A program made the translations under genes and the position numbers. Below, in pieces: positions 38,524 through 48,247 of a stretch of 64,000 nt of DNA. Origin of the DNA: a virus (taxonomy: Duplodnaviria > Heunggongvirae > Uroviricota > Caudoviricetes); IMG/VR virus record IMGVR_UViG_3300031992_004563, positions 1 to 64,000 of that record. One strand, 5' to 3'. The notes under the pieces are model-generated. The model did no database searches. It was given only the letters and a program-made list of their open reading frames with translations, and was not told the DNA's origin. Position 1 is the stretch's first letter; each line of letters opens with the position of its first letter.

Positions 38524-39695
38524 TGTTAATCATCTGTTTTATCATACCATTTGTTGTTTGTCTAATTCTATATTTTGGATTTAGACAAGCAACCGTGTGG
38601 TGGGAATATATTGCTTTAGTATTTCCTAGTATTTTAGTATCAATTATATTATATTTTTCATTAAAATATGTAGGAATAACTGATACAGAATATCTTGGTT
38701 ATTATGTCACAAAGGTTTGCTATTATGAGCCTTGGAATGAGTATATTCATAGAACATGTACTCGTGAGGTTTATGATGGAACTGATAGTGAAGGGCATGC
38801 AAAATACCACACAGAAACATATGATTGTTCATATGTTGATTACCACCCGGCGGAGTGGACAATGATTAATAATGTTAATCATGAAACTTATATTTCAGAA
38901 AGTTTATACAATTATATTTGTAGACGATTTGGAACACCAAAACAATTTGTAGATATGCATCGTCATTATTATACAATTGATGGTGATAAGTATGAATGTT
39001 ATTTTAATGGTGATCGAAACAGAATGTATACACTAACTGAAAGCCATCACTATAAAAATAAAATATTAAAAAGCAAATCATTATTTAATTATTCTGATGT
39101 GCCTGAAGATATTAAAAAGGATTATAGATTATTTGATTATTCCGATTTTTCATATAAAAATGATCAAAATCCTATAATGTCTGAAATTCCCATTCCACAA
39201 TATGTAGTTGATTCATTTAAATATGTAAATGCATTTTATGGATTAAGATATCAATTCAGAACATATGTAATGATTTGGCAAAATGCTCCAATAGAAACAT
39301 CTACATACCAAGAAGATTATTTTGTTGGTGGAAATAAAAATGAATTATGCATATGTATTTCAGTTAATAATTCAAATCAAATTCAATGGGTTAGAACATT
39401 TTCTTGGGAAGATAAACCAGATTTGGAAGTTGAGATAGATCATTTATGGGAATATGGAGCATATTTGGATCTTATGAAACTTAATAGATATTTACTTCAA
39501 AATGTTCCAAAGAAATGGCATAGAAAAGCGTTTGCAGATTTTGAATATATTAATACAATGTTAACAACCGGCCAATGGTGGATAATAATTATTTTAACAT
39601 TTATATTTAACATTGGAATGCTTATATACATAGTTGGAAATGAGTATACAGAAGATAATCCAGATGGCATAAAACGATATAATTATCGATATTAA
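38523..39695 (+). CDS. Multi-pass membrane protein
   Basis: Two N-terminal and one C-terminal TM segments; GGNKNE motif. Confidence 0.7.
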   Translation: MLIICFIIPFVVCLILYFGFRQATVWWEYIALVFPSILVSIILYFSLKYVGITDTEYLGYYVTKVCYYEPWNEYIHRTCTREVYDGTDSEGHAKYHTETYDCSYVDYHPAEWTMINNVNHETYISESLYNYICRRFGTPKQFVDMHRHYYTIDGDKYECYFNGDRNRMYTLTESHHYKNKILKSKSLFNYSDVPEDIKKDYRLFDYSDFSYKNDQNPIMSEIPIPQYVVDSFKYVNAFYGLRYQFRTYVMIWQNAPIETSTYQEDYFVGGNKNELCICISVNNSNQIQWVRTFSWEDKPDLEVEIDHLWEYGAYLDLMKLNRYLLQNVPKKWHRKAFADFEYINTMLTTGQWWIIIILTFIFNIGMLIYIVGNEYTEDNPDGIKRYNYRY

Positions 39696-39748
39696 GAGCT
39701 TCTAAAAAATGAAGCTCTTTTTTAAACTTAAATGCATTATTAAAATAT

Positions 39749-41256
39749 AATTGTAATTTTTTAATATAAATTTATTAACTTTATATAAATTTATTAATCA
39801 AAGCTTGCAATTTTTATATATGACTTTGATGTAAAAAATCTAGAAAACTATAAATTAAATTTATCTATAGAAAGTCTATACAACAATTTAGACTTTTTGA
39901 ATATATAATATAATTCTTTCAAAGACTACTAATTATCTTCTATTTGAAATTCTTCCAATGACTTCTTATAGAAGTGTTTAAAATCACTAATCTTTGGTTG
40001 AATTATATTTTTTGTTTGTTCTTTTATTCTTGCTGTATATTGATTATAATATTCATATCCTCTTCTTCCAAGTTCTATAGAAGCTAGAATCATGTCTGGC
40101 AAGTTTAAACTTCTATATAGAAAGTTTCCAATAAATGAACTATATTCTGGTTTGACTTTCAATAATTTAATATTGAATATATTGCATCTCTTGGCTAAAT
40201 TATTGACAAACTAGTTTCTGTTCCATAAATTATTGACTAGTTTATTGAACTTCTTTCCTTTATTTTTGTCATCACTATTTATTTTTAGGTCTTCTATAGA
40301 AACTATCTAACATTTATAATAAATTGCTTTATTAATTATGTTCTTTGCTATTTGAAGAACTTCATAGTTTCTTTTGTTTGATAGATATGTTCTTTCTAGT
40401 GAACTAGAATTTAATCCTTTTCCTTTAAAACTAAAGTCTTTATCATTAAAGTCTTTAATTGAATAAATTCCAGATTTGATAACATTAAACTAGTTTTCAG
40501 ATTTCCAATCAACTATAGACCAGCCAATATAATTTGGATTCAAGTCTAATGCCAACACTCTATTCTCTATTTGTTCATATTTAACTGATTCTAGTTTATC
40601 TTCTTCATAACTAATATAAACATAATTCTAGTCTAGTTTATATGTTATTGGAAGATCTTTAGACTATTGTCTTAAATAAAGTTCCTTTAGTTTCTATTTA
40701 TAGTTCTATAAATGAAGTTTTAATTCTATATGTGTCTATCTATCTGGTTTAAATATAATAGTTTCTAAGTCTTCTTTGATTTCAAATTTTTGATTTCCTT
40801 TATATGGTTTGCAAGTTCCAATAGAATATATTGGATTCAATTTTTTATTTTCTAAAAATTGACTTCTAGTTATTAGGCCTTTGCATCTTCTAATAAAGTT
40901 TCCTTTGCCACCAAATATAACTTTAGTTTCACTGTTAGATTTAACTAATTGATATGCTTCTCCAATTGCAGATCTGCAAAACCAGTCATTCATCAAATCT
41001 ATATTGTTTAGTTGCTTAAACTTTTGTTTAAGAATTGAATTAGATTTTAAATAACTATACTCTGGTTGAAGTTCAGTCTCTTTAGACAACTATTGATAGA
41101 AAACATGAAGCATAGAAGAATATTGTCTCTAATATTTTTGAATTAGAGATTGATATTCTTGATTGACATCATATTTTAATTTAATAGTTATCATTAAATT
41201 ATTTTATATATAATAAAATTTAATTTATATATTATTTATTTAAATTTTTCTAGAAA
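39749..41256 (-). mobile_element. tnpB: TnpB-like element copy B (CDS 39794-41194, 466 aa, TAG-recoded; no TnpA)
   Basis: Direct-repeat paralog of copy A; LALDLNPNYIG, SIEDL, KPEYSSFIG, PDMILAS. Confidence 0.8.
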
Positions 41257-41337
41257 TTTTTCAATGAAACAAAGAAAACATATTTATATATAATTAATAA
41301 ATATGATTTATTTAAAAATAAAAATTAATTTTTTGTT

Positions 41338-42249
41338 ATGAATATTTTAGTGACAGGTTGCAATGGCCAATTAGGAAATTGTATTAGAGATTATCGTTCA
41401 GAGATGCCAGCTGATTTTATTGTAAATAATAAGTTTATTTTTACTGATATTAATATTGAAAAAGATGTTAATACTGATACAATGCGATTTACAAAACTTG
41501 ATATTACTAATTATGATGATATATTAGCTTTATTAAAAGAAGAGAATATTAACATGATTATTAATTGCGCTGCATATACAAATGTTGATAAAGCTGAAGA
41601 TGAAGCAAATATAGCATATGTAGTTAATGCTGCAGCGGTTGATGATTTAGCTAGAGCCGCCGCAGAAGTTGGTGCTAAAATGATTCATATTTCAACGGAT
41701 TATGTTTTTGATGGCAAAGGACACAAACCATATACCGAAAATAATATTACAAACCCAATTGGAATGTATGGCCAAACAAAATGTGCTGGAGAAAATAGAG
41801 TATTTGAGAGATTAGGCGATAATGGAATTGTAATTAGAACTGCATGGTTATATTCTAATTATGGAAAGAATTTTGTTAAGACAATGATTAAACTTGGCCA
41901 AGAAAAAGACGAATTGAAAGTTGTTTTTGATCAAGTTGGAACTCCCACATTTGCAATGGATTTGGCAGATGCAATATTTAAAATTATTAATTCAGGAAAA
42001 TGGAAAGGTGGAATTTATCATTATACTAATGAGGGTGTATGTTCTTGGTATGATTTTGCAGATGCTATAATGCATATATATAATTTACCATGTGATATTA
42101 TCCCTGTACATTCAGATGAATATGAAACAAAGGCAGAAAGACCACATTATAGTGTATTAGATAAAACAAAGATTAAAGAAACTTATGGAATTATAATTCC
42201 ACATTGGAGATATTCGCTTGAAAGATGTTTAGAAATTCCATTTGTATAA
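41338..42249 (+). CDS. rmlD: dTDP-4-dehydrorhamnose reductase
   Basis: GCNGQLG, NCAAYTNVDKAE, ISTDYVFDG, YGQTK, DQVGTPT. Confidence 0.95.
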   Translation: MNILVTGCNGQLGNCIRDYRSEMPADFIVNNKFIFTDINIEKDVNTDTMRFTKLDITNYDDILALLKEENINMIINCAAYTNVDKAEDEANIAYVVNAAAVDDLARAAAEVGAKMIHISTDYVFDGKGHKPYTENNITNPIGMYGQTKCAGENRVFERLGDNGIVIRTAWLYSNYGKNFVKTMIKLGQEKDELKVVFDQVGTPTFAMDLADAIFKIINSGKWKGGIYHYTNEGVCSWYDFADAIMHIYNLPCDIIPVHSDEYETKAERPHYSVLDKTKIKETYGIIIPHWRYSLERCLEIPFV

Positions 42250-42266
42250 AATTAATTAATTAAATT

Positions 42267-42620
42267 ATGATAGATAGAGTAGTATATATGATAAATGGTT
42301 GGCTTGTAAGAGATGAAGAAGCTAAATAGATGGATAATGAATTGTATGAGATAAATGAAGATTATCCAAATGATATAGATGGATTTTTTATTTATGACAC
42401 AATGGGAGGTGGGAATTATGCATTTTTTGGACCAATTCTTGATAGATGTGATGTCAAATATGAAGATTCTGGATATACGGTTATTGATGAAAAACTTTTA
42501 CATGATGGTGATGAAAAGTGGAATGAGTTTCTAAAGAAATATCCTAAATATGAAGAAGTATTCAAAAAACATATCAATAATGAACCTCCACAAGTAATGG
42601 TTGTATTGCATGTTTGGTAA
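42267..42620 (+). CDS. Hypothetical protein (one TAG near N-terminus)
   Basis: ATG 42267 in frame with the 42330 ORF across a TAG. Confidence 0.55.
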
Positions 42621-42652
42621 AAACTTTCCATTATTTTTTCAATATAATATAT

Positions 42653-44599
42653 ATGGAAAATGAAATAACAAAAGAACATATAGAAAAACAAGTTCATGAA
42701 TGGGCTGATAATAATTTGACATTATTTTCATTCAGAGAACATCAATTTGAATATATAGTTGATACTATATATTCAATTTTATCTGGCAATCATATTAATA
42801 TTATTGAGGCTCCAACAGGTTCAGGAAAATCAATTATGGTTATTATAATGGCTGGAGTTCTTTTTGAATATTATGACAAAAAGTCATATATTCTTTGTTC
42901 GGATTTATATCTATGGGATCAATATAATAAAGCCATTGACAAATATAGATTACAAAAATTTGGTAGAATAAAAGGATTACGTGGAAATTATATATGTGAT
43001 GAAACTGAAGAAGATATAGTTGCAGCACCGTGTAGATTAGCATTAATTCCTTTTACCAGTCTTGGTAATAGAGACTGGGCTCTTAAAAATAATTGGCCAT
43101 GTGCTATTTCATGCAAATATGTTAGAGAAAGATTTAGAGCTATAAATTCAGGTATAACATTAATGACATATCAATTATGGTTTGAATATATGATGATATG
43201 TAATGGAACATATGGCACAGATTCTCCATTTAAAGAACGTCAAATTATATTTTGTGATGAGTGTCATAAAGTTCCATCATTATGTCAAGAAGCTAGAGCA
43301 ATTTGTGTAGATGAACATAATATGTTAAATGAAGTTAGTGAAATATTAACATATTGCAAAGAAAATGATTTTATGCTTGATCATCTTGAATTTATGAGAG
43401 ATGTTGATATTGATAGATTTTTGAGAGAATTTAAAGATGTTATTGAAAAGTTTATTAATATTCCAAAAGAAAATCAAGATGAAATATGTGAAGTTTTGGA
43501 AGAATATCAAAGCTATGTTGCATCATATCCAGTTCAATGCTATAATGCAATGAGAACAATGTATGAACAATTATCTAAAGAAAACCCAGAACAAAAACCA
43601 CATCTTTCTAAAAAAGAATTTAAAATCTATAATTTAGCAAAGAAAATGGATGCACATATGTGTGATATTAACAAATACTTTAAAATGGTTAGTATAATGA
43701 GTGATGAATATGCACAAGACCCAAATCATGTTGAAGACCCAAAACACCCATATGGCACAAGATATATTGTTAAAACAGATAATAAAGTTATAAATGAAAT
43801 AACTGGAAGAAAAGAATGGCCAGACAATCCAGTAATAACTTTAAAATTTGCCAAAGAAGATTATTTAGTTTATGACACTTTATTAACTCCATCGCCATAT
43901 GTTGTTATGCTATCAGCAACAATTGGAGGTCATGCAGCATTTGATGAAAATATTGGAACTAAATACACAGTAGATAAGAATTCAATAATGTTTAGAATTC
44001 CATCAACATTTGATTTCTCTAAGTCACCAATATATTATTTACATGGCAAAAAAATGTCAAGAGAATCTATTAATGAGAATTTTCCAATTAATGCAGCTAT
44101 TATTAATAAGATTTTAAAATCGCCAAAACATGAAAATGAAAAAGGCATAATTCATACAGGTTCATATAAAAATGCATGGGATTTGTTTAAATTATTAGAT
44201 AAAGATGTGCAGGAACGCGTGTTTATTTATAATGATTCTAAAGAGAAACAAGATATATTGAAAAAATATGCAAAATCAAAGAATGGCGTTTTAATTGGGC
44301 CTACTTTAACTGAGGGTATTGATTTACCAAATGATGGATGTAGATTCATAATTATATTTAAGATTCCATATCCATACCTTGGTGATGAATTGGTCAAAGC
44401 AAAAGTTTCATTATTCCCAAAATGGTATAATTCAGAAACATCTAAATCTATTATTCAAGGTGTTGGACGTGGAAATAGAACACCAACGGATTGGTGTACA
44501 ACATATATTTTAGATGGATGTTTTGCAAGATTATATGAGGAAACAAGAGAACAATATGCTCCTGAATTTAGAGAGCGAATCAAATTATTAAATAGTTAA
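42653..44599 (+). CDS. DinG/Rad3-family SF2 helicase
   Basis: EAPTGSGKS, Cys cluster, DECH, LSATI, EGIDL, KIPYP, QGVGRGNR. Confidence 0.9.
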   Translation: MENEITKEHIEKQVHEWADNNLTLFSFREHQFEYIVDTIYSILSGNHINIIEAPTGSGKSIMVIIMAGVLFEYYDKKSYILCSDLYLWDQYNKAIDKYRLQKFGRIKGLRGNYICDETEEDIVAAPCRLALIPFTSLGNRDWALKNNWPCAISCKYVRERFRAINSGITLMTYQLWFEYMMICNGTYGTDSPFKERQIIFCDECHKVPSLCQEARAICVDEHNMLNEVSEILTYCKENDFMLDHLEFMRDVDIDRFLREFKDVIEKFINIPKENQDEICEVLEEYQSYVASYPVQCYNAMRTMYEQLSKENPEQKPHLSKKEFKIYNLAKKMDAHMCDINKYFKMVSIMSDEYAQDPNHVEDPKHPYGTRYIVKTDNKVINEITGRKEWPDNPVITLKFAKEDYLVYDTLLTPSPYVVMLSATIGGHAAFDENIGTKYTVDKNSIMFRIPSTFDFSKSPIYYLHGKKMSRESINENFPINAAIINKILKSPKHENEKGIIHTGSYKNAWDLFKLLDKDVQERVFIYNDSKEKQDILKKYAKSKNGVLIGPTLTEGIDLPNDGCRFIIIFKIPYPYLGDELVKAKVSLFPKWYNSETSKSIIQGVGRGNRTPTDWCTTYILDGCFARLYEETREQYAPEFRERIKLLNS

Positions 44600-44603
44600 A
44601 AGT

Positions 44604-45116
44604 ATGAAAACATTAAAAGAAGTTAAATTAGAAAGATTTGGTCATCAAAATAGATATAAACAAATATATACTTATTATCAAATAACATATATTTGGGAAT
44701 ATAAATTTTTAGGGATGACATTTCATAAAGAAGAGAAAGTTCCAATATTATTTGAAAATGAAGTTGATGCAACTAACTTTATTGAATGCGGGTGTAATGT
44801 TGAAATGGATATTGGGGAAAATCTATATAGAAAACCACTTTATCAATTTTATGCATATAAAATGGATGATCCGGATAAAAAATATAAAATACAGGTGGAT
44901 GGACCGCTAGATGGATATGAATCTTTATTTGTAGTTAAGGGGTATGAACAAGAAGAAACATGGGTTTCTTCAAGTGGTGGAAAAATAAGTGATTTTTTTG
45001 AAAAACTAAAACTGCATGAAGACTTTGTTGCACAGCAAAATGAAAAAGAAAGAAAAAATAAAGAATATGTTGATAGTTTATATGAGGTAAAAACATATAA
45101 AATTGAAAAAATTTAA
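44604..45116 (+). CDS. Hypothetical protein
   Basis: 170-aa TAG-free ORF. Confidence 0.6.
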   Translation: MKTLKEVKLERFGHQNRYKQIYTYYQITYIWEYKFLGMTFHKEEKVPILFENEVDATNFIECGCNVEMDIGENLYRKPLYQFYAYKMDDPDKKYKIQVDGPLDGYESLFVVKGYEQEETWVSSSGGKISDFFEKLKLHEDFVAQQNEKERKNKEYVDSLYEVKTYKIEKI

Positions 45117-45182
45117 CTTCTATTTTTTATTTTGAATAAAAAGATATAATTTTGTTATAGAAAATTAAAAATTAGTAAAATT

Positions 45183-45536
45183 ATGGAAATTATTGATTTA
45201 ACTAAAGAAAATGCACAAGGCCATTTTGGGCATGACCAAATAGATGGGTTAACACAACCAGGTAATTATCGAATTCCTATTCGTACATATACTGATGATA
45301 AAGGTGAACATCACCGTTCAATTGCGGTAGAAGTTGTATCAGTATTTGTTGATAGAGGAACTCAGCTTATTGTAGTTCCAGATGATATGCATGATTATTA
45401 TTACATCTTTTATTATAATGGCAATGAACAATGTTTCAAACCTAATTGGGACCCAGATGAAGATTATCAAAAAGTTCTTAATTGGATCAATATTGAGGTT
45501 GAAACCGATGAAGACGGAAATATTATAGAAGATTAA
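45183..45536 (+). CDS. Hypothetical protein
   Basis: ORF directly after early promoter copy at 45115. Confidence 0.65.
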   Translation: MEIIDLTKENAQGHFGHDQIDGLTQPGNYRIPIRTYTDDKGEHHRSIAVEVVSVFVDRGTQLIVVPDDMHDYYYIFYYNGNEQCFKPNWDPDEDYQKVLNWINIEVETDEDGNIIED

Positions 45537-45870
45537 GTAAACTTTTTTCAAAAACAAAATATAATAAATAATAAAAAATTTATCTTCTATTTTTTAGTTT
45601 GATTAAAAAGATGTAATTTTGTATCGTTAAATTAAAAAATATATTATGGAAGACCTTTTAATATCTATTAATGATAAAATTTTTAGTTCATCTGATATTA
45701 AATATCAATGTGATTTAGATGGAACTATTATTAAAAGAAGTGATGGTAAACAATGGGAAATTAAATATAATTATAAAAAACATCAATTATATTTAAAAAA
45801 ATTGAAACAAAATAAATAAATAAAATATAATAAATAAAAAGAAAAATAATAATTTAATTACTGAATTACA

Positions 45871-45969
45871 ATGATGAAGAGTTTTAAAAATAGTAGATGT
45901 TTTGCAAGCAGTACTTTTAAAAGCACTAGCTGTAAACTTTTTTGGCTCTTTGAGAAGGGTATTCAGTGA
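45871..45969 (+). CDS. Leader peptide of putative tRNA-operon attenuator 1 (MMKSFKNSRCFASSTFKSTSCKLFWLFEKGIQ)
   Basis: 32-aa uORF between an AAAC-N17-TATAAT motif and tRNA array 1; codons match downstream anticodons. Confidence 0.75.
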   Translation: MMKSFKNSRCFASSTFKSTSCKLFWLFEKGIQ

Positions 45970-46026
45970 TTAAAGAAGATTATACATTTTAAGCGATTAT
46001 ATATTTCTTAAGATTAGACATTTACA

Positions 46027-46064
46027 AAGTTCTTTAGTCACTATGATTAAAGAACTTCATTTTT
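46027..46064 (+). terminator. Attenuator terminator 1
   Basis: aagttctttagtca-cta-tgattaaagaactt + cattttt; 5' arm also complementary to 45965-45977. Confidence 0.75.
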
Positions 46065-46068
46065 ATAT

Positions 46069-46141
46069 AGATCGGTAGTTTAATTGGTAGAATGACGCAC
46101 TCCAAATGCGTGGGATATGGGTTCGAATCCTGTCCGGTCTG
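46069..46141 (+). tRNA. tRNA-Trp(CCA)
   Basis: agatcgg/ccggtct acceptor, acgca-ctccaaa-tgcgt, ttcgaat T-loop. Confidence 0.9.
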
Positions 46142-46245
46142 CAAAACAAAATGATTAAAAGGATAAAACAATGAAACGAAAACAAGTCAAACATATTTAA
46201 TGTCTCGTTAAATCAGAGAGATTACGAGGCATTGTAAAAACAAAC

Positions 46246-46321
46246 GCACTCGTAGCTCAGTTGGTTTTAGAGCACGCGCCTTTTAAGCGTGGGGTCCCGG
46301 GTTCGAATCCCGGTGGGTGCA
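46246..46321 (+). tRNA. tRNA-Lys(UUU)
   Basis: Canonical cloverleaf, cgcgc-cttttaa-gcgtg. Confidence 0.92.
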
Positions 46322-46337
46322 CAAATTAAATAAGTTT

Positions 46338-46411
46338 GGTCTTATAGTTTAATTGGTAAAATCTCGCACTTTTAATGCGTAAGAGTCTCGGTTCGAATCC
46401 GGGTGGGACCA
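46338..46411 (+). tRNA. tRNA-Lys(UUU), second divergent copy
   Basis: ggtctta/tgggacc acceptor, tcgca-cttttaa-tgcgt. Confidence 0.85.
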
Positions 46412-46438
46412 CAAAAATGAACATTGAAATTTTATTAT

Positions 46439-46678
46439 GGAGCTTTGGCAGACATGGTGTATGCGCCGGACTGATCATAGATTAGCAACTATAATAAAGA
46501 GCTAATTATCATATGAATGGGAATTGGGATACCATCGCTTGAGATAATATCAAAATAGTGGGAGAGGAAGGTGTTCTCCATAAAGGTTGATAAAATTTTT
46601 AAAAAATTTTATAATTTAGGTTCGAGTCCTAATATGGTAACAAATCCGGTTAACGAGGTTCGAGTCCTCGAGGCTCCG
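46439..46678 (+). tRNA. Interrupted tRNA, most likely Phe(GAA), with about 167-nt insertion (46475-46641) in the anticodon
   Basis: ggagctt..ccgga-ctga | insert | aaa-tccgg..cgagg-ttcgagt-cctcg-aggctcc. Confidence 0.75.
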
Positions 46679-46702
46679 CAAATTTGAACATTGAAATAAT
46701 AT

Positions 46703-46775
46703 GGACCAGTAGCTCAAATAGTAGAGCACATCCCTGAAGAGGATGGTGTAGGCGGGGCAGTACCGTCCTGGTCCA
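46703..46775 (+). tRNA. tRNA-Phe(GAA) with non-canonical T-loop
   Basis: ggaccag/ctggtcc, catcc-ctgaaga-ggatg, T-loop ggcagta. Confidence 0.8.
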
Positions 46776-46780
46776 CAAAT

Positions 46781-46960
46781 GGGTCAGTAGCTTAAAATGG
46801 ACAAAGCACGGTAAAAAGAAGTGGCCGCGGTGTCAATCAGTAATCTGAAATATGGTACTGTAATTTTGCGGAAGCACCGAAAAGAAGTGATATTCGAGTA
46901 AGGAAGCGCATTTTATGTGGCACCTTAAACATAATGCGGGTTCAAATCCCACCTGATCCA
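46781..46960 (+). ncRNA. tRNA-like RNA with anticodon arm replaced by a multi-hairpin domain of about 125 nt
   Basis: gggtcag/ctgatcc acceptor, gctt..aagc D-arm, ggg-ttcaaat-ccc T-arm. Confidence 0.6.
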
Positions 46961-46972
46961 CGAAAATTAAAT

Positions 46973-47049
46973 GACCGAGTGCTCGAGTGGTTTAAGGGGT
47001 GTGGCCGCAACCCACATATTTTTCGTCAGTTCGAATCTGACCTCGGTTT
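46973..47049 (+). tRNA. tRNA-Cys(GCA)
   Basis: tgtgg-ccgcaac-ccaca, U73 discriminator; C at position 33. Confidence 0.85.
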
Positions 47050-47061
47050 CAAAAATAAAAT

Positions 47062-47151
47062 AGAGGAGTACCCAAGTTGGTGAAGGGACCGCATTGCTAA
47101 CGCGGCAGGTCGGAGAAATTCGGCGCAGGAGTTCGAGCCTCCTCTCCTCTA
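47062..47151 (+). tRNA. tRNA-Ser(GCU)
   Basis: agaggag/ctcctct, loop ttgctaa, long variable arm. Confidence 0.88.
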
Positions 47152-47233
47152 CAAAATTATGTATTAATGTGTTTACCAATTTTGTCACTATAGTACTTAA
47201 ATAAATATAATATAAAAAGTATTTTATTTAATT

Positions 47234-48247
47234 ATGGAATATAAATGTATATGTGGAAAAGAATTTGATAATGCATTAGCATTAGGCGGGCATAAAGGTA
47301 ATTGCCAATAGGCTAAAGAAGAAAGATAGAAACAATTAAAAATTTTAAAATTAAAAGAAGATAATTATAATTGTATATGTAATTGTGGAAGAAAATTTAA
47401 AACACTAAAAAGTCTAAATTCACATGCTAGATTTTGTGATCAATATTAGAAAAAAGATAAATAGCTATCTAAATATTTAAATACAGAAACATTAATATAT
47501 AAATGTGAATGTGGGTATGAAACAAAAAATTATTAGTCATTAAATTCACATTTTTCTCATTGTAAATTACATAGGCAAATAAATAATAAAGATTGTTCAG
47601 ATGAATATTGGAATAAAAGAAATCATCCGGGTAAAATGTTAGGGTGGGATAATTTTTCAGAAGAGAAAATAAAATCAATATATAAAAAATGTTAGTTAAC
47701 ATTACATAATAAGTATAAATCTGGTGAATTAATACCGACTTTTATGGGAAAACAACATACTGAAGAAACTAAAAAACATTTATCAGATATTGCGGTAGAA
47801 CATAAATTAAATGGAACATCTCCAGCACATTTAGGTGAGCATATGTCATATTTAGAAAAATGGTTTTATAATGAAATTTTATAGAAATATAATATTTTAA
47901 ATAAATTTGATGTTGTAAGAGAATATTGCGAAAAACCATATTTTATTGATTATTCTTTTCCTAATATTAAAGTTGGGTTTGAAATGGATGGCATGTTTCA
48001 TTTAACAGATGAAAATCATATAAGACATGATAAAAAACGAGATGAATATTTAACTAGTATTGGTTGGACACTATATAGATATAATTATGAACAAATTAAA
48101 TATGATACTGATAAAACAATTGAAGATATATTAAATGTAATTCAAAAATATACAGATAATAAATTAGGAGAAGCTAAATTATATAGTTATCAAGAATATA
48201 AAAAATTAATTACCCCAGTACCCGAATTGGTATAGGGGCCAGATTAA
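47234..48247 (+). CDS. Free-standing homing-type endonuclease: zinc fingers + NUMOD3-like + DUF559/Vsr-like nuclease; TAG-recoded
   Basis: CxCGKEF..H repeats, GKQHTEETKKHLS, YFIDY..FEMDG..H..D..RD..L..GW; 3' end overlaps tRNA-Leu. Confidence 0.8.

Noticed and set aside
46475-46641. Group I intron in the tRNA
   Set aside because: No U at the 5' splice site, no terminal G, too short, and no recognisable catalytic core
46781-46960. tmRNA
   Set aside because: Too short, has a full D-stem, lacks the G3-U70 Ala determinant (G3-U70 position pairs but no tag ORF or pseudoknot series is evident), and no resume-codon ORF is visible
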